From the NCBI GenBank assembly GCA_963799775.1, contig CAWCYD010000003.1, forward strand, positions 1,992,128 through 2,056,127: 64,000 nt of DNA, in the 5' to 3' direction. Position numbers and translations under genes: made by a program. Shown here piece by piece: positions 40,523-50,490 of this stretch. The DNA comes from an uncultured archaeon. Lineage in GTDB: Archaea > Thermoproteota > Nitrososphaeria > Nitrososphaerales > Gagatemarchaeaceae. How positions within the stretch are numbered: the stretch's first letter is position 1; the number at the start of each line of letters is the position of its first letter. A model generated the notes under the pieces. The model was not told where the DNA came from, searched no databases, and saw only the letters and a program-made list of their open reading frames with translations.

Positions 40523-41640
40523 TCACGAAAATTGAAAGCCGGAAACTGATATTACGGCTAAATCTGGCATGATGAGGTCAACGCGTCGTTGAGGCCAACC
40601 GGTAATCATGGCGACGCCGAATGCTGTCGCGGTCGTGGCCGGGATCATGTTGACCAAGGGGGATGGAGCGGCCGCTGCGCCAAGGTCCAGGGTGGTGGTC
40701 GACCCCACACGTTCGTGAACACGACCTTCGTGTCCTGCCCTGTCGAAGGGACCGTAACAGAGTAGAGTCCGGTCAGCGCGGGCGGCAAAGGAGACGGGTA
40801 GGCACTTGCGTTGAGCGTGGATTGCGGGGCCATCGTCTCGTTTCCCTCGACGAGCTGGATGCTCGATATCCCGCCGCTCCATGGCTCGATGTAGAACGAC
40901 GCCTGATATTCATCAGGGCCGAGCTTCTGCGTCCCGAGGAAGTTGACTCCTCCTCCCTGCGTGTTCACGTACAGGGTGAGGTTCTCCCCCATCGGCCAGA
41001 ATCCGTACTGTTGCGATGCGAACGCAGAGGGAATTTGGGGTGCCGTGGTATTGCCTGCAACCCATCCCGACGAGTTCACAAGTTCCAGGAAGGCGGACGG
41101 AGAAACGATTGTCGTGGTGATTAGAAGGTACGCCAGACTGCCCTGGACCATGCTGCACGACCAGAGGGGGATTGTAGCGTTCGCGTTCAAGGTCGCCCCG
41201 TTCAGCGAGTTCGGGATGGAAGAGGGGTGCCGTTCACGAGGACTGGTGTGAAGGTGAAGTTCCCTGAGAGCGAAGCACCTCCGCTATTATAGAAATCAGC
41301 GGGGGGAGGAGGCTCGTCTGGTTCAGGATTACACTCAGCTTTGCTTCGCCGCTGACGGTCATCGTCTGGTTGGCGGGGTAGAGGTCCGCCAGCAAGGCCG
41401 CGAGCGCCTGCGGGTCGTTCCCGAAGACGCGCTCGAAGTTGCCGGTGAGCCAGGTGTCGAGGGGGGCAGGGTTGTAGATGGTCACGGTGATGAGCGTGCC
41501 CTGCAACGGATTGCCACTCGAGTCAACCGAGACGATGTTGAGTTTTCCACTCCAGAGGAAGGGAACCAGCCTGAGAACAATCCAAATCTCCTTTCGAATT
41601 GTTTCGGTGAGGATTGCCCCGGCTAGTCGGTTGCCCCTCT
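40523..41640 (-). pseudogene. 5'-truncated, frameshifted large secreted/membrane protein remnant
   Basis: Three consecutive ORF pieces (41234-41506, 40645-41190, 40523-40882) with host-like codons. The frame opens without a start codon next to the tnpB element. Confidence 0.55.
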
Positions 41641-43100
41641 AAGTTCAAGGCCGGGTATCGCCTTGACTCACATTTCATAGAGTTCCTGCTCGGCCTTGGT
41701 TCTAGCCATCTTGCCGGAGCGGCCGAGCCTAGAACTCCAACAATCCTCAATCGTGAGATGGATGCGCAGCATGAGGGCTTTAATACGCATTCGACTGATA
41801 CATTGTCGAACATCTTTTGAGGAGCTTCCGATTTCGCCTCTATCCATCGTCGAAGCAGGAAGAAAGAATGCTCCGTGCGCTCGAGGCGTCAAGGAGACTC
41901 TGGAACGACGCTCTGGCCCATAGGAAAATGAGATGGCAGAACGAAAGGAAGTCGACCTCCTACAACCTGCAAGCATCGATACTCACCCTTGAACGACGGC
42001 AAGACCCATTTCTAGCAGATCTGTACTCGCAAGTCGGCCAAGATGTGCTCAGAAGGCTCGACAGGGCCTTCAGGTCATTTTTTGCTCATCGCACTAGTTT
42101 TCCAAAATTCAAGAAGCTCGGTCAGACAAGCTCATTCACGTATCCTCAGGCCTACCATGGATCGGCTCGACCAGATGCAGTTAGAAAACGACTCTTCCTA
42201 TCAAAAATTGGGAACGTGAGGGCGGTCTTCCATCGGCTTATTCCAAGAGACTCTCAGTTGAAGACTTGCACTGTGATTAGGGAACCAGATGGGAAATGGT
42301 TTGCGTCGCTTGTCTTCGAGGAAATCGTGCCACTGCGGAATTCCGCCACCTTGCCGGTTCCAGTTCACCAACGGAGAATGCCTATTGGAATTGACCTAGG
42401 CCTGATGTCGTTGATCACAACATCAGAGGGCGAGACCGTGGAGCACCCACGCCTCTTGAGGAAGGCGGAGAAGCGTTTGGTGCTCCTGCAGCGTGCTCTA
42501 TCAAAGAAGAAGATGTCCAGAAATCGATGCAAGGTCAGACACAGAGTGGCCTCTCAACACGCGAAGGTCAAGCGCGCGAGACTCGACTTCAACCAAAAGC
42601 TTTCCACCCGGTTGGTCAATCAGCACAGCTTCATCGCCTTCGAAGATCTCAAGGTAAGGAATATGGTCAAGAACAACAGTTTGGCCAAGTCGATACAAGA
42701 TGCGGGTTGGGGCCAACTCGTTGCAATGGCTGAATACAAGTCGTTGAGAACGGGTTCCCGCGTAGTGCGCGTCCCAGCAGCATATTCAACTCAGGAATGC
42801 TTCCATTGCGGCGCAATCAACAAAGTGGACCTTAGCGTCAGAGAGCTCATTTGCAACGGTTGTGGCCGCACCCTAAAGAGAGATCAGAACGCCGCAAGAG
42901 TTGTGCTGAAGCGCGGACTGGCCATCGCTGGCCTCGCCGTTCCAAAGGTAGGGCAGGACATGCCCGAACTCAAGCCTGTTGAGATGCGACCTCTACTCAC
43001 CCAGACAACTGGAAGGGCAAGCTGTGTCAGTGAAATAGGAACTACACGCGCGGCAAACCGCGCTGGAAGCCCACGCTCGAAACTAGTGGGAGGATGTCAC
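41630..43100 (+). mobile_element. IS200/IS605-family tnpB-only (IS1341-type) element
   Basis: Right end GAAG-CCCAC-N11-GTGGG-AGGATGTCAC ends at 43100. Candidate left-end hairpins are TCAAGGC-N8-GCCTTGA (41645-41666) and TTCGAC-N9-GTCGAA (41790-41810). Lower GC. Left boundary approximate. Confidence 0.75.
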
Positions 43101-43133
43101 ATGTGGCAGAATCCGCTAACGGTGGGAACATAA
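41817..43133 (+). CDS. tnpB: TnpB RNA-guided endonuclease (IS605 OrfB)
   Basis: FRFRLYPS HTH_OrfB start, FPKFKK, GIDLGL, AFEDL, STQECFHC...CNGC and RDQNAA; full D-E-D triad. Confidence 0.95.
   Translation: MRSFRFRLYPSSKQEERMLRALEASRRLWNDALAHRKMRWQNERKSTSYNLQASILTLERRQDPFLADLYSQVGQDVLRRLDRAFRSFFAHRTSFPKFKKLGQTSSFTYPQAYHGSARPDAVRKRLFLSKIGNVRAVFHRLIPRDSQLKTCTVIREPDGKWFASLVFEEIVPLRNSATLPVPVHQRRMPIGIDLGLMSLITTSEGETVEHPRLLRKAEKRLVLLQRALSKKKMSRNRCKVRHRVASQHAKVKRARLDFNQKLSTRLVNQHSFIAFEDLKVRNMVKNNSLAKSIQDAGWGQLVAMAEYKSLRTGSRVVRVPAAYSTQECFHCGAINKVDLSVRELICNGCGRTLKRDQNAARVVLKRGLAIAGLAVPKVGQDMPELKPVEMRPLLTQTTGRASCVSEIGTTRAANRAGSPRSKLVGGCHMWQNPLTVGT
42940..43120 (+). ncRNA. putative omega-RNA of the second TnpB; scaffold ends at TCAC 43100, guide ~ATGTGGCAGAATCCGC
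   Basis: GGGCA-GGACA-TGCCC hairpin (42951-42965), AAGCCTGTTGAG, and a terminal CCCAC/GTGGG hairpin followed by GTCAC. Confidence 0.65.
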
Positions 43134-43135
43134 TC

Positions 43136-43612
43136 TTGTCCAAGGCTCCCTCAGACCATCTCAGCGCGAAGGTGAAGGACTTCATGGAGGCTCCCCCGGT
43201 CCTCGTCAACGAGGACACCACGATAGACGACGCCGCCTCGACGATGTGGAACAAGGGAATAGGGAGCGTCATCGTCGTCGACAAGGACGGGAAGATGGCA
43301 GGGATCGTCACCGCGAGCGACATCATCTTCGCCGTGACAAAGTCGCTCATCGGGAGAGAGGTGCCCGTCTCGGGAATCATGTCGAAGACATCCATCATGG
43401 CCATCCCGAACGAGAGCGTCCTGACGGCGATCAACAGGATGATGAAGGAGAACGTGAGGCACCTCCCCGTAATCGAGAAGAACGGAACGCCGGTTGGGAT
43501 AATCTCGACGCGCGACACGATGAGCATAAGCGAGCCGCTCCTGAACTTCGTCTTCAAGTCGAAGAAGAAGCGAACCGCCCCGAAGAAGCCCTCCAAGAGA
43601 ACCAAAGCTTAG
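43136..43612 (+). CDS. CBS-domain-pair protein
   Basis: VKDFM...GSVIVVD..GKMAGIVTASDI and VRHLPVIE...GIISTRD motifs. Confidence 0.9.
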   Translation: MSKAPSDHLSAKVKDFMEAPPVLVNEDTTIDDAASTMWNKGIGSVIVVDKDGKMAGIVTASDIIFAVTKSLIGREVPVSGIMSKTSIMAIPNESVLTAINRMMKENVRHLPVIEKNGTPVGIISTRDTMSISEPLLNFVFKSKKKRTAPKKPSKRTKA

Positions 43613-43678
43613 GTTCTGCTGCATCTTCGGAAGACGCGCCAAAGCTTAAACCCGATTGCTTCTTTCCCGGGAATTCCC

Positions 43679-45520
43679 ATGTCCTCAGGCTCAACAGACC
43701 TCCCAGAGCTGGAGGCGAGGACGATGGAGGAAGTCAGAAGCTCCACGAGGTTCCTGCTAAAGTCTTTCAAGTCGAAGACCGACGAGCTCAGAAAGACGGC
43801 GGGCAAGGACGTCGGCAAGCTCCTCCGCTTCGGCGTCGACCAGGCCCGAGCCTGCTCGACAGCTAGGGAGTTCTTTGGGAAGGACTCGGTCGGCTACATG
43901 GCGGTCGACGGGACATTCTCGATCGACCAGAAGCTCGACCTGCTCGTCTTCTACGTAGGCGCTTTTGGCTACGCCGGCACTCTAGGCTTCGATGGCGACG
44001 AGATCAAAATCGGCGACCCGGCTCCCATGACAGGCTCGACCGCGGTCTCCGCGTCGATACCGCTCTCCGAGGAGGACGCAGCGACCGTCTTCGGGCGGAG
44101 GACGGAGGCAGGGACAGAAGTGGAGACCGAACGGCTGCCAAACGCGATCATGCACCTCGCGGAATACTACATCCCGCTAAAGGCGATCTCCGCAAACCCC
44201 GACCTAAGGGTGGTCCTGCTGGACAGGCCGCTTGCGGGCGACGTGGCCCACCTGGTATGGAGCACGCGAGACCTGGTCCATGACCACCTCTCCGTCCTTG
44301 AGGGCATGAAGACGCCCTCAGGGAAGGTGACGAACCTCGACCTCGAGCTCGCCAGGCTCCTTGTGGCGAACGACGACCTGAAGATCCCCTCGCCGCGGAG
44401 CCAGCTCCTGAGGCTCGCAGCGCTCTCAATGCTCTTCGAGGGGCGGGAGCTGAGCGCCAGGGACATCCTCGAGAAGCTGGGGGTCGACGAGAGCCACCTC
44501 CCCGTACTCATGGATGAACCTGAGAGAGTTCGACTCCCAGCACCACGCCTTCGAGGGCGGCGTCACCGGGAATGACGAGAAGCTCAAGCTCGCCGACGGC
44601 GTGGGAGACTACTGGGATCGGGCCTGACGGCGGCCTACGCCGTCGCCGACCACGTCTTCAACCCAAAGAGCGACCACCCGCTAAGGTGGAAGTGTTCCGA
44701 CGGCAAGGAGGGATGGATCACAGCCGACGACCTCGACTACATCGTTCTCGTCTTCGTACTCGAGCTCACGCGCAGAGCGTGGTCGGACAAGCTCCTTCCG
44801 ATAGGCCTCACAAAGGACTCGGGCGCCGCCGAGCTCGTAAAGTCCGTCGTCCCGCTCCTCGTCAGCTCGAAGACCGAGGAGATCGGAGCGCTTCCCAACT
44901 TCAACAGCGACAAGATGCTACTCCAGACGAACAGCGTGGTGAACGCTGCGCGCGTCCCCACGCCCTGGCACACCATCGACATGGACGCGGCATTCAGGAC
45001 CATGGTCCCCGTGCCCGACGACGCCCTCCCGAAGGGCGAGGCCAGGGTCAGGGGGGCCTATCGCAACGTCATCTACCCGGAGAGGATGTTCGTGAAGACC
45101 TACATCCAGCTCTGGAGCAGCGCGAACGACCCCACCGTGAGGAGCCACGTCTTCCCGTTCGACAGGCCCGCCTTCGCCGCCTACGACCACTGGGGCGACA
45201 TCGTGATCCACAACCAGGACAACAGGCTCGACGAGCGTCTCTCTCCCATCCTGAACCTCGAGGAGTCGGAGATGACCAACCTGGCGATGTCCATCCTCTA
45301 CCTGATGTCGAGGGAGGCGGTCCCCGAGGCCCTGGGCCACAACTACCCGCTCTTCCTCGCCGACAAGAAGGCGAAGTTCGTCCTAAAGCAGAGCAAGAGC
45401 GCCTACCTCGGGGCGGTAGAGGTGGAGATGGCGAAGTCCGAGCTGGACCAGCAGGTCCTCTTCTCGCAGAGGTTCAGGGACTACCGAACCCAGGTCGAGG
45501 TCAAGAGGAGGGCGAAGTAG
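43679..45520 (+). CDS. nurA: NurA-family nuclease, ~610 aa with an internal winged-helix-like insertion (frameshifts ~44518 and ~44623)
   Basis: MAVDGT, HLAEY, VLLDRPL, IGLTKDS and PEALGHNYPLFLADKKAK motifs. Directly upstream of herA. Confidence 0.75.
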
Positions 45521-45522
45521 AG

Positions 45523-47328
45523 CTGCCGATCTTCGACGACCTGGACGGCGAGTTCCAGGGCAAGCTCAGGGAGATAGTCTCGACTACGAGGCAGACGGCC
45601 GACGGGAGCTCCACAGTCACCTTCAGCACGGCGGTGATAGAGTGCGACTACAACCCCAACGTCGTCAAGAAGCTCGCAGCCGGGGAGCTCATCGCGATCC
45701 CAAACGTCCAGACCCTGGGCACCGGCGACGTCTTCTCGGTCTACGAGATAGCCGACGTCTACCCGATGCACTACTCTCAGCCCAACCTCGACAGGTCGCA
45801 GCCCGCGGCGATCCGCAAGGAGTTCATGGAGCTCATCGAGAGCGAGTGGAAGAAGGGCTCCAAGAGCACCTGGATCGAGATGGTCGCCGCGCCGATAGGC
45901 TACGTCATGAGGACGTCGCCCGGCGGCATCACGTTCGAGAGGAAGCCCTACGCCCCCTTGGCCGGGAGCTCTGTGAGGCTCCTGAGCCGCGACTCCGTCG
46001 AGAAGCTCGTCTGCTACAAGGTCCCTGACGGGAGGAAGGCCGAGGACTACCGCTTCGGGAACCTCATGGGGGTCATCGACGACAAGATCCCTTTCACCGT
46101 CGACATCGAGAAGCTGATCCACTACCACGTAGGGATCTTCGCCTTCACCGGCTCGGGCAAGTCGAACCTCACGGCCACCGTCATCCGAAAGGCCCTGAAG
46201 GTCATCCCTGACCTCAAGGTCGTGATACTCGACGTCTCCTCAGAGTACGGGGTCCACATCCTCGACGTCCTCAACGAGTACCCGAGCAAGGTGATCTTCA
46301 CCGACTCGTTCGCCGAGTCGAAGCACCAGGCCGCCGAGTACTTCAAGCGGCACGTCTGCCCCGAGGCCCTGGCCGGGCTCCAGCCCGAGTTCGAGGCCAA
46401 GATAGAGAAGCTCTTCGACAAGAAGAAGATCGTGTTCGCGGAGCTCCCGATGGAGGGGAGCGAGGAGGTGGAGCGCTTCAGCACCTACGGGGGCCTGGTC
46501 GAGGTCCTGACGAACACGCTCAACGACAAGTACGGGGCCGTCCAACAGAAGATCTACGTCCCGCAGGTGATAAACCGCATCAAGGAGTTCATGGCGGACG
46601 AGGGCTTCACCTCAGACACCAGGTTCAACTCCAAGACTGCCAAGCTCATCTCGCAGATCCAGACCCTGCTGGTCGACCTCCCCGCGAACAGCTCGCTGAA
46701 GAAGACCTTCGACGGCCTCGCAAAGGCCCTTGCGGACGCGTCGCCTGAGGAAGAGCTCCAGAAATCCCCCTGGGACACCCTCCCCGACGAGATCCTCTCC
46801 ACCGAGAAGGACTCACCCCGCGTCTTCGTGATCAACCTCCCCGAGGCGGAGGACGCGAGGGGCCAGACGGCGGACGTCATCGCGCGGGTCTTCCGGAAGA
46901 GGAAGAAGAGCTTCAGCCTCTCCCCGAAGGTCCTGTTCATCATAGACGAGGCCCAAGAGTTCATCCCCCAGGACGCGAGGAAGGGGGACAACGCCTACGA
47001 GTCGAGCAGGGCGGTCGAGCGGCTGCTGAGGCACGGGAGGAAATACAACCTATTCTGCTGGGTGAGCACCCAGAGGATAGCCCACCTCAACACGAACGCC
47101 CTCCAGCAGCTCCACAGCTACTTCATCTCCACGATGCCCAGGCCCTACGACAGGCAGCTCGTCGCTGACACCTTCGCGATAGGGGACGCCTTCGTCGACA
47201 GGACGCTCGCCTTCCAGAACGGCGACTGGCTCATCACCAGCTTCAAGGCGACGGCGACCCAGAACATCCCGGTCTTCTTCCACGCCGAGAACAACGAAGA
47301 TACCCTGCGCAAATACCTGGCTTCCTAG
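45523..47328 (+). CDS. herA: HerA/FtsK-family ATPase (HAS barrel + DUF87); probable CTG start
   Basis: HVGIFAFTGSGKSN, ILDVSSEY, FIIDEAQEF and RHGRKYNL...STQR motifs. GAGGAGG lies 11 nt upstream of CTG 45523. Confidence 0.85.
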   Translation: MPIFDDLDGEFQGKLREIVSTTRQTADGSSTVTFSTAVIECDYNPNVVKKLAAGELIAIPNVQTLGTGDVFSVYEIADVYPMHYSQPNLDRSQPAAIRKEFMELIESEWKKGSKSTWIEMVAAPIGYVMRTSPGGITFERKPYAPLAGSSVRLLSRDSVEKLVCYKVPDGRKAEDYRFGNLMGVIDDKIPFTVDIEKLIHYHVGIFAFTGSGKSNLTATVIRKALKVIPDLKVVILDVSSEYGVHILDVLNEYPSKVIFTDSFAESKHQAAEYFKRHVCPEALAGLQPEFEAKIEKLFDKKKIVFAELPMEGSEEVERFSTYGGLVEVLTNTLNDKYGAVQQKIYVPQVINRIKEFMADEGFTSDTRFNSKTAKLISQIQTLLVDLPANSSLKKTFDGLAKALADASPEEELQKSPWDTLPDEILSTEKDSPRVFVINLPEAEDARGQTADVIARVFRKRKKSFSLSPKVLFIIDEAQEFIPQDARKGDNAYESSRAVERLLRHGRKYNLFCWVSTQRIAHLNTNALQQLHSYFISTMPRPYDRQLVADTFAIGDAFVDRTLAFQNGDWLITSFKATATQNIPVFFHAENNEDTLRKYLAS

Positions 47329-47412
47329 TTCAGGTTTCCCGGTGAGACTTCTTGTGGGGCTGGGAGTTCCGCCAGCCCAAACCAGGACGTGACCGCGAGG
47401 ACAGCGGAAGGG

Positions 47413-47628
47413 TTACGCCGCAGAGCCCAGATTTTGCATTTTACTCCTCGCCATCATCCTCGAAACCACCGAAAGGATGACCAACCCCACCGCAAGCAAG
47501 TAGCTCAGAAATCCTAGCAGTCCCATCCCACCGTAATTCGCAAGGCCGTTGAAGTAGAAGCCTGCGACCATCAAGATGACAGACACGCCGAGAAGGACCG
47601 AAATCCCAAAGTCCAGTCTATTCAACAC
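47413..47628 (-). CDS. small 2-TM membrane protein
   Basis: 71-aa hydrophobic ORF immediately downstream of the wHTH gene. Confidence 0.6.
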   Translation of the reverse strand: MLNRLDFGISVLLGVSVILMVAGFYFNGLANYGGMGLLGFLSYLLAVGLVILSVVSRMMARSKMQNLGSAA

Positions 47629-47637
47629 GGTATCTCC

Positions 47638-48334
47638 TCAGCCTGACCGTGGGTCGACCCCGTCGTCCCACGCGCGAAGCCTTTGTGTCGCGGAGTCCAA
47701 AACCTCGTCCCGGGCCTTTCGCCTGACCTCATCGAGGTTGATCCCCTTGCTGGTCGCCTTCTCGTCGATGATATCTTTCAGAGACCTCAAAAGCTCCGGC
47801 TTCGCCCTGACCGTCTCCATGAACTCCGTCGAGAGCGACTTGTAGTCCTCGACGATGAGCGGCAGGAACAAGTCCCCCGCTGCCGAGGTGCCCATAAAAG
47901 ACCGCAATCGTCCCCACCATCCCGAAGAACGTGTTGTAACGCTCCCTAAACTCTGCCCACCATCTCTTGGCCTCTTCCTCCCCAATGCTACCCGATTCTC
48001 GCATCGACTGCATCTGGGAGTGCAGCTTGGCGGTCACCTCCTTTGTCTTGTCGATGCTCATCATCAACGTGTAGCACTTGAACGTCACCCTGACCGGCTT
48101 CTCCTTCCTGAGCCCCCTTCCGCCGTTCCTCTCTAGGTAGCCGAGCTTGACGAGCCTATGCATCCTGACCGCGACCGTGCTCCTCGAAGCGAACCCGCGC
48201 GCCCTCTCCACCAGCTCGTTGAAGCCGATTCCCTTCGCGCCCCCTTGGTAGATGACTTGGACTAGCTTCCTGTCCCGCGAGTCCAGCGGCTCGTCGGGGA
48301 AGCCGCTTTTCGCGAGCATCGCGGCGAAGCTCAT
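47638..48334 (-). CDS. winged-helix DNA-binding protein with a helical C-domain (frameshift ~47895)
   Basis: IGFNELVE...SRSTVAVRMHRLVKLGYLE motif; continues in ORF 47638..47985. Confidence 0.7.
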
Positions 48335-48467
48335 CGAGCGTTTCTTTGCCTATGCCGAAGATAAGAATAGTGGTCATACTCCTATACCAGTCCGTCGCGT
48401 CGCATGCGGAGTCCACCTAGCATAACGTTCCTTCTTGACCACAGCTACGTATCCGCCCTGAAACGGG

Positions 48468-49379
48468 CTACTTTGAGACGGAAAGCACCTTGAGGATGAG
48501 GCCTGTGTTCGCGTTCCCGGACGAAGTCTGAATCGAGGCTTGAAGGTTCTCGTACGTCACGAGGGTGAAGGAGCTTCCGGGAAGCGTCCCAATCTGGACC
48601 ACGAAGTTGTGAATCGCCATGCTGCTGGCGCATATGGAGAAGGCAATGGGAGTAGCTGTCTCATCGTAGTTGGTGACGCTCAGGGTCGACGGTCCGAGGG
48701 TCACCGTCGTCTGGTTGACGATGTGGAAGGCAGGGGAAGACGTGAACTCGGTGAGGTTGGCCTGCTCCTGCAACTCCACGGTGAACGCCGACATGAAGCC
48801 GGCAAAGGTGTCAGTCCCCTGCGAGCCGGTGATGTTCTGACCGAGCAAGCTCACATCGTTCACAGTCCCATTTGCTTGGACCCACGCGGTGAGGTTCTCG
48901 TTCATCGAGCCCGGCACCTGCTGGTTCACGCTGACTTGGTAGACTTTCGCCGGTCCCGAGCCCGAGGTGCCCACGACCTGGTATGAGGAGACCAGCGCCA
49001 TGGCGCCCGCAGGACTGACAGTCGAAATGGCCCCGGACGAGTTTGTCTGCAGCGAGATGGACATCTGCGAGAAGTTACCGAAGAGAGCCGCGTAGTTCGT
49101 GACAAGGCCGGGGTTGAGGGCGACGATGGAGCTAGCATTGAGCGTAGACGGCATCGACAGGGAAGGGCAGGAGGCGTTCATGCTCGAAGCCGAGCTCGTA
49201 GAGGCGGTGGGCACTGCGCTGGAGGAAACGGTGGTGCTCGTGCTCAAAACGGTAGGGGTGCTCGAGACAGTGCTACTTGCCCCCGCGGTCAAGACGAAGT
49301 AAGCGGCCGCCCCGACAATCAAAACTACAACTATCCCTGCTCCTACTGCTGCGGCCGCGCCCAAAGCGCTCCGACGCAT
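48468..49379 (-). CDS. secreted Ser/Thr-rich glycoprotein with a class III-like signal peptide
   Basis: MRRSA|LG followed by a TM helix, ST linker and many sequons. Confidence 0.72.
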   Translation of the reverse strand: MRRSALGAAAAVGAGIVVVLIVGAAAYFVLTAGASSTVSSTPTVLSTSTTVSSSAVPTASTSSASSMNASCPSLSMPSTLNASSIVALNPGLVTNYAALFGNFSQMSISLQTNSSGAISTVSPAGAMALVSSYQVVGTSGSGPAKVYQVSVNQQVPGSMNENLTAWVQANGTVNDVSLLGQNITGSQGTDTFAGFMSAFTVELQEQANLTEFTSSPAFHIVNQTTVTLGPSTLSVTNYDETATPIAFSICASSMAIHNFVVQIGTLPGSSFTLVTYENLQASIQTSSGNANTGLILKVLSVSK

Positions 49380-49453
49380 GACGGTCCAATATGGAGCGCG
49401 ACTATTAAGCTGGCACCCAACTTCTCGCCGTCGGCCGAGCAGCAGCCCACGAG

Positions 49454-49981
49454 CTAGCGACCGAACTTCTCTACGACATCCCTGATGACGTTCATATTCC
49501 GGGTGGTCGTCTTGACCTTTAGCTTCGACTCTATGAACCGGTTCGGCAGTGCTCCCTCTCCTCCCCCGTGCGTCGCGCTGAAGACCTCCGAACCCTTGGC
49601 CGCGATGACCTTGGCCGTAGACTTTGGGATGGTGAGCGGAAGCTCTGGCGCAAACTTGGTCGTAGGGGGCAGGAAGGTCACCAGGAAGTCGCCTTCTTTG
49701 ACGCCTTTGAACGGATCGCTCTCGACCAACCTCTTCAGGTCGCCGAGCTTTCGGACGAAGACGAATACCTCGTAGCCGAGCGCCTTCTTGAGCCCGGCCT
49801 CGAGCCCGTCGCGAACAACATCCTCGCTTGGCTCGTCCGACTCGAAAATTACGTTGCCGCTCTGACGAAACGTCTCCACATCCCGAAACCCGAGTTTCCT
49901 GAACGCCTCTACGAGCGTCTCCTTCTTGACAACACGGCCGCCCACGTTGATGCCTCGAATGAAGGCGATGAAGCGTGTCAT
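49454..49981 (-). CDS. DUF1697 family protein
   Basis: AFIRGINVGG, QSGNVIF and TTRNMN motifs. Confidence 0.85.
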   Translation of the reverse strand: MTRFIAFIRGINVGGRVVKKETLVEAFRKLGFRDVETFRQSGNVIFESDEPSEDVVRDGLEAGLKKALGYEVFVFVRKLGDLKRLVESDPFKGVKEGDFLVTFLPPTTKFAPELPLTIPKSTAKVIAAKGSEVFSATHGGGEGALPNRFIESKLKVKTTTRNMNVIRDVVEKFGR

Positions 49982-50069
49982 TGAATTCCCCAATCGCGCC
50001 CTCCTGGCAGGATTTTTCCTTTTGGGTTGACCCGAAGCCTTAATCTGAGACTGCGGCTCCTTAGAGGCC

Positions 50070-50465
50070 ATGCTCAAGAAGGAAGAGGTCGCGAAACTCA
50101 GGGCGAAGCTAAGCGCGGAGCAACACGACGTCTGCGTCAACAAGGGGACGGAGGCGCCCTTTACCGGCGAGTACTGGGACAATCACGCCGAGGGAGTCTA
50201 CAAGTGCGCGGTCTGCGGAGCAGAGCTCTTCGACTCGAAGACAAAGTTCGAGTCCGGCACGGGCTGGCCCAGCTTCTGGCAGCCCCTCAAGAAGGAGAAC
50301 GTGGAGGCGAAGGACGACTACAGCTTCGACATGCACAGGGTCGAGGCGGAATGCAAAGTCTGCGGCAGTCACCTCGGCCACGTCTTCGACGACGGGCCTG
50401 CGCCCACCGGGATGCGCTACTGCATCAACTCGGCTTCCTTGAAGTTCGAGAAACAAAATCGTTAA
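50070..50465 (+). CDS. msrB: peptide-methionine (R)-S-oxide reductase
   Basis: GTEAPF, CAVC, KFESGTGWPSF, CKVC, HLGHVFDDGP and RYCINS motifs. Confidence 0.96.
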   Translation: MLKKEEVAKLRAKLSAEQHDVCVNKGTEAPFTGEYWDNHAEGVYKCAVCGAELFDSKTKFESGTGWPSFWQPLKKENVEAKDDYSFDMHRVEAECKVCGSHLGHVFDDGPAPTGMRYCINSASLKFEKQNR

Positions 50466-50490
50466 AGAGACTGGGGCGGCGTGACAGCCG

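Noticed and set aside
31370-43133. Cas12f/type V CRISPR systems
   Set aside because: No repeat-spacer array or cas1/2/4 lies near either tnpB. Both show transposon-type 3' ends.
44572-45522. 317-aa N-terminal extension or NurA-HerA fusion suggested by the 918-aa ORF
   Set aside because: The extension is Arg/Pro-rich off-frame translation of nurA, which has its own stop at 45520.
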